From assembly GCA_020891255.1 (NCBI GenBank), contig BQFW01000006.1, forward strand, positions 62,001-126,000: a stretch of 64,000 bases of DNA. The letters are read 5' to 3'. The stretch's first letter is position 1. Each line of letters begins with the position of its first letter. The DNA is from Entomortierella parvispora E1425 (lineage: Eukaryota > Fungi > Mortierellomycota). The notes below the pieces were generated by a model. That model worked only from the letters and a program-made list of their open reading frames with translations, made no database searches and had not been told where the DNA came from. The position numbers were made by a program, and so were the translations under genes. Shown in pieces: positions 13,035 to 24,685 of this stretch.

Positions 13035-16000
13035 AGTCGAATGGATTCAGATCACGTGATCTGGAGGTCTGGTGGCGGACTTCCTCCCTGATTTTACGCT
13101 TCTCCATCGGTTCCAGCACAATCCTGGCTGTTGTTCAGGATTATACAGCTCGACGCTCTCTGTTCTCCCTCAAACTCTCTTCTCCCGCAGGTAAACGTGA
13201 TGTCAGATCCATCAATCGTTTTTTTCGCTTGTCAGGGTGCATGGGGTCGACGCCCTCTCCACATTACTATCGCAGTTGCACCACCAGCAGTTCGAGGCGA
13301 CATAACTTGAGGTTCTATCCATTCATGTTGCTCTGCTGAGCATTGCAACACTGTGCAGGTCTTGTTATTGCAAGAGACTGTTGGCGCAGCAGACTGCCCA
13401 TGGAGCCATGGAGACTCTTGCACTCCCGCAGCTGGGCCTCCAAGAACCATGTAGTTGTCCCACCAAACTGGTGCTGCTCTGCATTTCTGTTGTAGGGCAT
13501 CGCTCGTACGAGTTTCTTACACGCGCGTTGACATGTGCTGTCAACACCGCGCAGGTCTCGTTATCGCGAGAGACTGTTCGCGCGGCTGCCTTCATGAAGC
13601 TCTGGTTAATTCTTGCACGTCCGTAGCGGGGCCTCCAAGAGTCGGGTTCCACCCATTTCTTTTCTTTCTTTCAATTACGTCTTTGTATGATGCAGTTAAT
13701 TGCTGTGCCTGTGAATGACAACACTTTTTTTGAAAAATAGATCAGGCTCGACATCCTCCACAGTAATTGGCACCAGCTTTTCATGATGTCGGTCGATACG
13801 AGCAACCAGGAAGCTCCTCATGCCTCGCGGCCGGCAGGCTCTTGGAAGGACGCCCTGACAAGACTCGACAGGTTGATTCGTGTGTGCCAACGTACATGCG
13901 CAACTGTATTCCCTTGCCCGATATCGACTACGAAGGCTTCCTTTATCAAGCAGACATAACACAGATGGAAAGATGTACACTTGAGCTCTGCCAATCCATC
14001 TGGCATGTGGGAATTACGCAGCTTGCGAATTCGACACACAGCGGCCTACAAAGACAAGGCCGAATACTGCTAAAAAGGTGGTCCAGGAAGGAGTATGTCC
14101 TGATAGAGCGTTCTTTCAAGTTGTATCTGGAGCTAAACGGGGGCTTGATGGGGGGTCGCTCAAGGCTTTAAAAGCGTCGGATATCTACTGGAACGAGCGC
14201 ACTGTCATGGATACGAGCAAGCAGCGGAGGAGCTGAGGCAACAAGGTAATTTCCGGATGCACGAATAACAAAATCTGTTAGATCAGGATCGAGCACTGGA
14301 CTTTAGAGCAAGGGCTCGGAACGCTCTTCATCAGGATGTGGTCGAAGCTCTGTTACGACTTGCATCGCCGATTCCGCCGATCGTATACATTAATGAAGAC
14401 CTGCTTTGGAACAACGATCCGATGACGTGGACGAAGCGCCTCAACGACTTTATGTATCGAATGACAACATATTTATCCCAATCAGCACTATTGACAAGGA
14501 ACTCGCCCACGATGACCTCCGTGCCAAACACGTCGGTGCTGGCCTCGACCGATTCCAACGTGTCAAGGACACATTGGCTTTTGTTATTCAGGGCAGGCTC
14601 TGGACATAGAAGGAAGGGCTCCTGGAGTAGGTGGTGGTTGCATTTGACCTGATTCGAGGATGCATGGACTCAGGCTACTCAGTAAGTGATCTATGGGTGG
14701 TCGTGCTCATGGTAGCAGACCTTTTTTTTTTTTTTTTTTTTTTTTTTTGGAGAACGGATCCTGCGTACTTTCGGCTTGGCACCAGCGTTACGTACAGGCA
14801 AGGTTGTTCTCGGGAGGCTGCTCGTAGGTGGAATCGGGATTTCATTATATCAGCAAACTTGAAAGGGATACTTCATGACAAGGTCGTCTCAAAAGATTTT
14901 TTTAACGGCGCGATTCATCTACAAGAGATGTCCCTCGCAAATCAGATATCATTGGATTTGCACGGTACGGACTTCCAGGATTGAAGCCATGAGCTTGGGA
15001 CAGATTATGAATGTTCATTTCTGTCATGATTTTGGGAACGACGGAGCTATTGTGCCGCCGCTCTTTCCTATGGTATGCGAGTCTAGCTCCGATCTTACTA
15101 GGGCACACAGATCCAGAAACTGATGCTCCGGCAGGCATGATGTTTGCATGGCTTAGCCAAGCTTTTAAGCAAATTATCGTGCAGATGCAAGGAAGGTACG
15201 CTGAAGAGTTCAAGTGTCTAAATAAACAGCCATGGGCATCGACATCAATATCATGAGGCGGACAATTGATGTATCAGCTGCAGCCGAAGTCCCGAGGCAT
15301 CTCAAGGACGAACATCTTACAATGAACCTTGGGGAGTAGGAAGTAGACCTTTGAGACCTCTATTGCAAATTGACGGCAAAAATGTCAGGGAGCTCTTTAC
15401 AGCGGAATTTGAGGGTGGATGATAGAAAAGGGCTGGAGTGCGCTCAACGTTCCAGGGCCTAATTGATTCAGCGCTAGTTGAGTCTTTCTCGACTTGTGAT
15501 AATAAACACCGCACCTTGCCAATGCAATGTAAATCCACGCCAAGTTCTCAAGCCTAGTGACCGAGAAAGCAAAAGAATGAACTGCCAGCTGGGATAGATT
15601 TGAGCCTATAGAGGATTGACAGAGGGGAAGAGGGGGAGAGAAACGGAGGAGAGCGAGCTCGGTCCGTCCTCCATCTGAACGATCAGTCCCAACGGACAAG
15701 CAACAGGAAAAGTTTCCTCTGAGGATTATAACATGAGTTCCATATTATTTCAGCAACCGGGCTGGAGTGGGCATCCCGAAAGGATGCAAGGAGGGTTGCC
15801 TCGGTTGGCGCCAGAGTCATCGTGGTCCACTTCTTTGGCGGGAGAAGCTGGACTCAATCTCGTCAAAATGGGAGAGCAAAGGGTGGTCTCTTCTGTTGCA
15901 GTTTCTATAGGAGGCCATTCACTTTTAACAAGCAAAGGACAAGTGAGTCCCCGTCGACCCACACTTTCTTTCACTTTCATTCCCCCCCCACAGTGGAAGT

Positions 16001-16489
16001 TTGCCCGTAGATATGCCCTTTGTCCCTTTGTCCCTTTTTCATGGGTCCAGGAGTTGAAACAAGGAAGACAAGACAGAGTAAGCCTCGTACTTGGCAAGGT
16101 GGATCAAATGTTGCAAACCCAGACGTGTAATTCCTCGTGAATCAAAACCTGAGAAGTGCCATTGTTGCAGAACGTGATCATGAGCAGGTCATAACCAAAA
16201 GTCTCTTTCGACACCCATCACATCAAAAACAAGCAAACATGCCGTAGAACCGTTCTACAGCTATTAAAGTAGTTCCAGATGCACCGTTCTGTGAGAGGAT
16301 GTATGGCCACGACCTTTGAGTTTCGGTTCCTCCCCCTTTTTTTCTGCTTTTCCGTTTTTCTTTTGACTTCCCTCCCTTTTTTTCCGTATTCCTATATCTT
16401 TTTCTTCTCCGTCTCCAACTATTTTTTTCCGGCATCCCTCCCATTTTTTTCTGCACCCTTTTTCTCTTTCCCCGCCCTGACTCTTCCCT

Positions 16490-16720
16490 GCACTTCTCTT
16501 TTACATCCCTAGTTGCTTATTACTGGTGTTGTCGTTGGTGTTGTGCCTGGAGTTGTCCTTGGCGTTGTCCCTGGTTCTTTCCTTACCCTTTCTCTTGCCT
16601 GCACTTTACTTCTCTTCTACATCCCTAGTTGTTTATTACTGGTGTTGTCGTTGGTGTTGTGCCTGGAGTTGTCCTTGGTGTTGTCCCTGGTTCTTTCCTT
16701 GCCCTTTCTCTTGCCTGCGC
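16490..16720. repeat. Imperfect tandem duplication (~116-bp unit) within a low-complexity pyrimidine-rich tract
   Basis: TACATCCCTAGTTG(C/T)TTATTACTGGTGTTGTCGTTGGTGTTGTGCCTGGAGTTGTCCTTGG starts at 16502 and again at 16618. Confidence 0.85.
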
Positions 16721-17060
16721 TTGCTCTCTTCGGCCTTCTTCATCCGTTAGCTCGCCTTGCGTTTTCCCTCTCTTCCCTGCTCTTGCTCTTCCCTGCCCTT
16801 GCTCTTCCCTGCCCTAGCCTTTTCTGCCCTCGCTTTGGTGTTGTCCCTTCCCTTGCTCTTCTCTGCCCTTGCAATCCTTGCCCTCGCTTTTCCGTGCTCT
16901 CATACATTAAAATGCAAAAGCGAGTGGACAGATCGTGTGTCTGACAGCTACATTATAAAAAGCTGTTGGCTTCACCCCCACTAACATAATCCTGAGCTCC
17001 CTAATCATCCTAAAACCTCACCCTAGAATACTCAACAGCTGGAACTTGCCAATATTGACT

Positions 17061-17591
17061 ATGCACACTACATCGATTTTTTTGCGTAAGGTCACCATTG
17101 CTATGGCCATCATCTTCGGGCTTGGCATTGTTGTGCCTACCCACCAGGCGGTACTCGGAACCCTCATGGTATGTCATGGCACCGAACTCGTCACCTACTC
17201 GCCAAGTCTAACATTGAAGACGGAGAAGACTTCAATTACGATCGAGGGCACGCTGGGGCCCTGTGTGTCATTGGACACATCCATCGTCGGTGGGTCGTAT
17301 AAATCGCAAATCAGCAACCCTGGATTGTCCTGCCTGACCCTGTTGGAGGAAGAGCGTGGAGAAAAGATAATCGTTTGGAACAATGGGAAGAGCAGCACGT
17401 TCTCATTTGCCAAGACCGTTACCAATGTTGGCGGGCAGACCATCACCACCTTCAAGGGTAGCATCACTGCTGGAGAGCTCAAAGGCAGTTCGGTCATTGA
17501 AGTGGTAGTGCACCCAACGCTTAACATCTTGGGATGCATTACTGGTGGGATCTCTTCGGTGAGTGGTGCGGTCACCTTGACAATCCTTTAG
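17061..17591 (+). CDS. Intronless predicted secreted beta-rich protein (176 aa) resembling a bacterial hypothetical family
   Basis: Hydrophobic N-terminal signal (AMAIIFGLGIVVP), four spaced Cys, pattern C.G...TYSP.LT...C.S...SC...I.WNNG..STF...G.IT.G. The bacterial resemblance is recollection, not a search result. Confidence 0.65.
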   Translation: MHTTSIFLRKVTIAMAIIFGLGIVVPTHQAVLGTLMVCHGTELVTYSPSLTLKTEKTSITIEGTLGPCVSLDTSIVGGSYKSQISNPGLSCLTLLEEERGEKIIVWNNGKSSTFSFAKTVTNVGGQTITTFKGSITAGELKGSSVIEVVVHPTLNILGCITGGISSVSGAVTLTIL

Positions 17592-18733
17592 CCAGGGCAA
17601 CAACACACATAGCCTCGGCTGAGTTGATAATGAAAATAGAGGGTAGGTGCTGGGCCGTGCACCTATTACCGAAAATGGCTTCAGCCGTTCGCGTCGTCTT
17701 CTAAGAATAAAGTGTGGTATTATAATTCTCACCGAGAAGACACGAGAGGGATGCGACAGAGGAGAGGGATGCAATTAGATGAAAAGGATGGCATGGCAAG
17801 AGAAGGGACAGACAGGAGAAAAAGAGACAAGTTCAGGACGATCCAACAACAAAAGTTTCTCCCCCTCGACCCTTTTTTTTTGTTTTTTTTTTTTTTTTTT
17901 GGCAAAACGAGGCAGCCATCGCCCCAACCAAAAGAGCAATGATCTTGGGCGGAAAGAGGACAGGCAGAAAGAGAGGGACAGGAGGAAAGAGAAGAGGAGG
18001 ACAAGAGAGAGGAGTAGAGGAGGGACACGCCTACTGATGTTCGTGAATCATAAGCTTGGAGTACCGGGAATCAGTGATTCGTGTAACCACTGGTGGGGGC
18101 GTGAAAATAAACAGTCGCTGGGCGTGAAAATCAGCGTAAGCTTCACAGCTCCCATCAAAAGAGCCAAGGAGACCGTTCTCTCTTTCCCCCATGAAAGAAA
18201 CAATCTGAGATATTGTCAGGCCTCTGTTCCATTTACAGCATTCGCTCATGGGTGGACTGATGGGTAACAACTCGACATTGACTTCTTGAAAACAAATGCC
18301 CTTGAGTTCCAGCCCCAGAGGAAACTTCACGAAAAAAAAAAAAAAAAAAATCACGTCGACCACTGTGTCCTCATGTTCTGACGCGTCGGCGGAGAAATTC
18401 TTGGAGGAGCGGCAGAATGAGCCGCAGAGGGTTCATATTTCCTTTCGTTTGACCAATTAGGAAGGTGTTCACGCTTGGAAAACGAGAGAAAACAAAACGA
18501 GAATCGCACCATTTTTTTATTTGCCTCACCTGTCAGCTGTGGCAAGAATGAACCGGGTCCAATGAACCGCCTCCGGTTCATATTTGAGTGAGATCATATA
18601 CCAACTAGGAAGGTGTCACACTTGAAAATTCAGGTCCCACCATTGCAGTAATAATATGTCACTGTCGCGGTGCTGTGGAAGAACTTGGTCCACCAACGCC
18701 ATGCGCGAGCGCAAAGGAAAAAATCAGCCATTT

Positions 18734-19223
18734 TACCCGTGTAACGTCGGCAATCAATTGGAAGCCGTGCAATCTTGCTACATTTTACACTTCTTCACGC
18801 TGATGAATATGGCTCAGTTTGCAGCATGCTCCATTCATGTGCGTGTGTGGCTGTGTCCAGCGGGACAAATCAGCTTGGCTGCATTATGGAAAACGTTGTC
18901 AACCTTTTTTTCATATTTTTTATGGTCTGCTGGACTCGGTGGAAGAAGCGCATTTTGCCGCGCGATATAACTTCAGATACCCGTGTAACGTCGGCAATCA
19001 ATTGGAAGCCGTGCAATCTTGCTACATTTTACACTTCTTCACGCTGATGAATATGGCTCAGTTTGCAGCATGCTCCATTCATGTGCGTGTGTGGCTGTGT
19101 CCAGCGGGACAAATCAGCTTGGCTGCATTATGGAAAACGTTGTCAACCTTTTTTTCATATTTTTTATGGTCTGCTGGACTCGGTGGAAGAAGCGCATTTT
19201 GCCGCGCGATATAACTTCAGATA
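18734..19223. repeat. Apparently exact 244-bp tandem duplication upstream of the HPP gene
   Basis: TACCCGTGTAACGTCGG... at 18734 and 18978; 2-bp TA microhomology at the junction. Confidence 0.95.
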
Positions 19224-19317
19224 TAAATTTTATGCCACATTCGTCGCCTTTGTTTTCTGTTGCTCACATTCATTCACTCGAATCAGCCCTTCATTCCTTG
19301 TTCATTCCCATTCGGAC

Positions 19318-20552
19318 ATGCTCTCTCCAAAACTTGAAGGTTACTTCTGTCGTATGAAGGGTCAACGTTATGACGCTTCAAATTTCAGAAGAGCCCCTCC
19401 ACCACCGCCGACTCGCTTCGTTGTCTTGTTGTCGTCATTCGTTGGATCCTTTATTGGCATTGCCATTGTTTCATCCCTCACATTCAATTCCCAATGGTTC
19501 CTTGAAAGAAACACTCCTGTCTTGGCAGGTTCCTTTGGTGCCTCGGCTGTTTTAATCTATGGTGCTATTGAATCCCCTCTTGCACAGCCGCGGAACGTCA
19601 GTAAGTTTCTCCCCTCTCCCGCGAATCCGATTTTTTTTTTTGCGCACACCTGGAACAACGTTAAAAACAAAGGCGATAAGATATTAATTGTCCCCTTTTC
19701 TATGTTTTTTACCCACTACTCTCCATGATTACGGTCGGGGGACACATCATATCTGCATTCATCGGTGTCAGTCTTTACAAGTTATTCAATTTACTATCTG
19801 CCGAGATGTTTGCAAGACTTCATTGGCTCGTCTGTGCTTTAGCCGTTTCCATCTCCCTTTTTGTGATGCAATTGACCCAAACGGTTCATCCTCCAGCTTC
19901 TGCAACAGCATTGATTGCGGTTGAAGGAGGATCGAGCATCTATAATTTAGGTTATTGGTATCTCCTTTGTCCCATTGCTTTGGGAATAGCCTTGATGATG
20001 ACCGTTGCTATGTTGGTCAACAACGTGGCAAGACGTTATCCTACTCATTGGTGGAAACCTAAAGATCGTAAGATTGTGGTGGTGGACCAAGATCTATCGA
20101 CAGCTTTAGCAGACTTCACAAACCCGGACGACGAACACGAGGACTGCTGTACAAACGTGGGTGCAGAGGAACCACTTGCCCTCAAATCGGCAAACACGAT
20201 GGTGCAACCTTTGGAGGAAATCACCCCTACCACGGCAAGTCCATCTCTTCACCCTGGTGGGGAACCTCAACTGCAACTGTTGTCGCCTTCGCTATCGCAT
20301 GATTCTCATGCACATCCTTCGACTCCTCATCATGTGCATCCACACCACCACCAGAGTCAATTCGCAGTCTACTATGGAGGGGATCGAGAGGAGGCCCTCA
20401 AGGAAGGGGAAAGATGGCAGCGGAGTAGTTCTCGTATGCGACCCCAATCGGATCTAGAGCCTGGTGAGGGGCACATCGACAGTCCTCGTCCAGCTTCGGT
20501 CGTGATTGAAGTCCGTGGTTCGCCTCATCTTTCCCGGAACTCTTCGACCTAG
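19318..20552 (+). CDS. HPP-family transmembrane protein (2 exons)
   Basis: GSFGASAVLIYGAIESPLAQPRNV|IGGH and HPPASATAL motifs; donor GT at 19601. The expected acceptor reads CGG (19732-19734); the upstream AG at 19679-19680 keeps frame. Confidence 0.85.
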
Positions 20553-20609
20553 ACGCTACCCATGCTATTGAAAGTTCAGTTGCAATCTCAAGAAACAAAC
20601 GGGAGGAGA

Positions 20610-20679
20610 ATGCACGAGCTAAAATGCTGTTTGGAGGTAGGGATGCATTGAACGCCCTTCAGACGCGACTGCAAATTGC

Positions 20680-20715
<36 letters not shown>

Positions 20716-21540
20716 TTCACAACGACCAGTACATGAAAAGCAGTGGTGCCATGATAACTCTACCGCTGAAAACTAAGTCATCCGGGCTTCCTTCGACATC
20801 CGTCGACAGTCCCTTGGCATACAACGGATTAAGACCACCCTTCAGCCATAATTTCTACTGGCTATCTGACAAACAATAATGCAGCTGCGTTGGAAGGACC
20901 CTGTCGTGGCACTGCGAAATCTTTCAGTGGTGCCACTCCTTTAGACCTAACAAACAAAAATAACAATTGGGTGGAATAAAAACCTTTGAAGACCTCCTAA
21001 TAGACAATGGTGCATTCCTCGTTAAGAACCCATCTACTTGATCACCACCATCAATTAGTTTAGCAGCCAGAGTCTTTGTGCACAAGTATAAAAGATAGAG
21101 CGTTACCTTGAATAAACATCAGTTAATTACTCACCAAAATACGATCACCCTGACCCTGTTTCCCTGACCTGACCTCTTCCTCTCCACCCGTCCCAGATAA
21201 ACTTAGCACAAGTTTATTGCTCTTGGTTCTCGCTCTCCTGACAGGGAAAGTTGTTGGACCAGAGAAAGAGCGAGTAATAGTTTTCTCCAGTAAGCAGAAA
21301 TCCATGTTCCTGGTTGATCCATGATATGGGTGAGTCCTGGAAGCCCCGAACGGTGAAATTGGCCCATCCAGGCTCACTACACGTCGTATCCAGAATGGAT
21401 TGAATCAGTGAGGTTGCATCATCTGTAATGACCTTTAAATGACACTCCACACTTTGAAGGGACGGCATCGGTATTCACTATGGAATATACCTGTCAGACT
21501 GCATGCCAGTCATGCCAATCCATTCATAAAGCTCCATGAG
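20610..21540 (-). pseudogene. 3' fragment copy of Rpp40 plus its downstream region
   Basis: Homologous to 24110-25320. Exon 7 and flanking intron sequence are deleted, TVWGF became TVRGF, and the C-terminus is degenerate. Confidence 0.85.
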
Positions 21541-21709
21541 TGGCAATAACGACAGCAGTTAATGTACCAGTCCCCACGGTCTCTCGCTTGGTGAAGATAG
21601 AGAATGCCGTAAAAATCTGGACTTGGTGATCTGAATATGGACAAAGACAAAGGCGGGATGTTTATTCCTGTGTTTTTCATGCGCAAGAAGGTCGAACGTG
21701 CGATCGGTT

Positions 21710-23718
21710 CTAGTTGAGCAGCGATTCCAAAACTTCCATCTCGTGCTGCATCACTGCCTGGTCTTCAGTGAGGAAAGATCTTCCGAAGTCAATGAACGAG
21801 AACCTGGAATGACGACCTTCCTGCTTAACTACAATGTTCTGTCGTCTAACATCACCATGGGCGACTCCATGCCGATGGATTTCCTTCAGTGCCCCTCGGA
21901 TTTTGTTTCGATCAGGCCCGCTTAATATTTTCCGGCTGATGTTCTCTCCAACAAACTCGGTAGCCAAGACCATTTCCACCCCGTATGAAACTCCGGCAAA
22001 TGCAACATGGGGAATAAGCCTTCCTTGCAGGCCTTGAAGTTCCTCGTAGATCATCGCCTCGTGCTGAAGGGCCTTGGCCACTTCTTGCTCATTATGCAGA
22101 TCGCACTTTTTCACAACTATGTCGTGGCCCATGCACAGCACCCTCAACACTTGAGCACCATCATTGTCGTAAGACATCACCTCCAGAATATCATATGGGG
22201 GTAATTGGAACTCGGTCGTGCGACTGGACATTCTGGTTTGAACCCCTCGGAAGATATTCCTAGTACAGTCGAATGAGAAGGCATGTCCTCCATTAATGTA
22301 CGCTCGAGATCATCTTTCTATTCCAATATGATACATCAACTTACTTTAATGCGCCCGTGCCTCCTTTTTTCCCTGGTGGATTGTATTTGGAGTCCTTGTC
22401 TTCCTTTTTGTAGTGTTTCCTTTCTTCATTTGCCCGCATTTTTTTCTGTTGACTTGAATTGGGACGATTTAACTCCCTGTGTGGGTCAGCACTCACGAGT
22501 CTTGTGAAACACAAAAAGGTCCGCAAAAATGTTGGATCGTTGTCATTGATTGCAATAGCTGGCGACACCAGAAGTTCATCGTAGTTCCTCCCCACACGCT
22601 TCATGAACCAGGACTGCTCGTGAGTCGACAGCATACCGTATCGGTATCCATTGGCCCATTGGTAGCCATACTCCTGGCCGAGAGGATGGACCGCGCGGAT
22701 ATCCCCACGGCTGTAGTCCGCCACCAGATCAAGTGACGCCAGAACACTCGGTTTTTTCATCTCAACGGGAAAGAGATAAATCTCTAAACCGTTTTCGTCA
22801 AGCGCTCTGCAAATTAGGTCTGGTTTTCCAACACCAGGTTGACCAAACGAAACATGAACACTTCCTACTTTTATCAAACTTGAATGTGGAGGCATCACGC
22901 TTAAACATCTCAAGTCTCCCCTGAGAAGTTCGTGCAGTCCCTCCTCCAACCAATAGTCTCTGTCGGTTGGAAACGACGGACGACTATATCGAGGGATCTC
23001 GTCCAGGTGCACGTTCAGGATCTCTTCAAAGAAGTTGTTCCATAGTCGAACACTGTGCGGTGATGCGGCAGATGAGCTCCAAGAAGATGGAGGATCAGTG
23101 CGATCATTCCCTCGGAACGTTGTATCTGGTGGAAGGGTGTGCACCAAGTCAAACTCACTGATGTGATCTGTAGCATCACAATGGTCAGTTTCGATGACAA
23201 CAAAAAACATCCAGCATTCAAGAAGAGCGCCAAAACACCAGATTCTTTATACGTACCAGGAAGCGTTCCTTGAGAACCTTGGGCAGAGGAATCTAGGAAC
23301 GGGAGTCGTAGAGTAAAAGATGAGAACAGGCATGAGCAACTTTGAATAGACAAGTCGTTACACAAGGAAAAAATTCTTGGAAAACACGATGACGACTACC
23401 TGACTGCGGGCGCTGAACGATGATGCGAATTGAATTCTCGGACATCTCCAATGGGAGAGCCTGGGATAGTGTGGCAATCGGGTCCAGCTCTGTTGAATTC
23501 TCGCCCAGGAAGATTCGCTTTTGCTTGTTTGCCAAATCGTAGGGAATGGACACGCTCCAGAGTGCAAGGTCTTTTGCCAGCACATTGTCAGAAGGTCTGG
23601 AGATCTTGGGGTTGATTTCGTCCCTGAGTTTAGCGATTGACCAGGTGGGCTCCACGTCGACAAAGAACGCATTTTTCTGGAAGTCACCTTCCACGAGACA
23701 AAGAAGCTTGGTAACCAT
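21710..23718 (-). CDS. Crinkler (CRN) effector-like protein: N-terminal ubiquitin-like CRN domain, restriction-endonuclease-like domain, kinase-like domain (4 exons)
   Basis: LLCLVEGD..AFFVDV..AKDLALWSVSIP..IRIIVQRP header; exon 23718-23400, micro-exon 23292-23257, exon from 23167 (KPDLI..FPVEMK; YGMLSTHEQSWF), last exon with HGVAHGDVRRQN and FIDFGRS. Confidence 0.85.
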
Positions 23719-24685
23719 GGTACTGCGAAGAGAATGCCAAGGGGGATGGAGCGATTGAAGAGCACTGAGAAGGCGAAGCGAAAAATGAAGACAGGAGACT
23801 GAGATGAAGAGAGGAGAGGGAGAGAGCGATGAAAAGAGGATTGAAGGCAGGAGCTGGATCGATTGCAGGAATGACGGTCGGTGATGAAGACAAGAACTGC
23901 ATTGACGCGTTGCAGCTGTTATTTCCTACGCTTGGACCTCAGCAATCAACAAGCCTTATGGCTGCAAACAGAAGACTGACTGGTCTACGTTGACTCAATA
24001 AAGTCATCGTTGCACATGTAGATCATCATCAACCAAGTCGGCGACTGACTGGGATGCAGGAGGCAAGAGATGAGAGTGGAAGAGAAGAACGCCTCAAGAA
24101 ACAAATGGGAGGAGAATGTACGAGCTAAAGGTACTGCTTGGAGGCAGGGATGCATTGAACGCCCTTCAGACGCGATTGCAGTTGTAACTTTTTTCTTTTT
24201 TTTTTTTTTTTTGTTCACATCGACCAGTGCATGAAAAGCAGTGGTGCCATGATAACTCTACCGCTGAAAACTAAGTCATCCGGGCTTCCTTCGATATCCG
24301 TCGACAGTCCCTTGGCATACAACGGATTAAGACCACCCTTCAGCCATAATTTCTACTGGCTATCTGACAAACAATAATGCAGCTGCGTTGGAAGGACCCT
24401 GTCGTGGCACTGCGAAATCTTTCAGTGGTGCCACTCCTTTAGACCTAACAAACAAAAATAACAATTGGGTGGAATAAAAACCTTTGAAGACCTCCTAATA
24501 GACAATGGTGCATTCCTCGTTAAGAACTCATCTACTTGATCACGACCATCAATTTGATCAGCAGTCATCGCTGGGCGATGGTGCTGGAGGGGTAAGTTAT
24601 CTGATCTACACAAACTCCCTGAATGCCTGGTGTGTCCCTTCTTCTTTTCATTTATTTGATGGGGGGGGGGGGTATCGTTTGATGT

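Larger units (their letters stand above)
5018..13077 (+). mobile_element. Older, internally deleted AcademH-type element (left end 5018-5098, remainder 11357-13077) interrupted by a younger AcademH
   Basis: Left terminus TAGTCTCGCCACCA matches the inner element's TAGTCTCGTCACCA at 13/14. 47-bp perfect inverted repeat 5024-5070 / 13031-13077. Carries a truncated DUF6589-like transposase. Confidence 0.7.

Noticed and set aside
13090-16140. Fragmentary ORFs, including a degenerate ~200-bp internal repeat at 13350-13640 with an LRR-like cadence
   Set aside because: Frames are broken by stops and no family can be supported.
20730-21030. Possible RNase P/MRP RNA, SRP RNA, TPP riboswitch or SECIS in the conserved duplicated block
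   Set aside because: The diagnostic consensus motifs were not found by eye on either strand.
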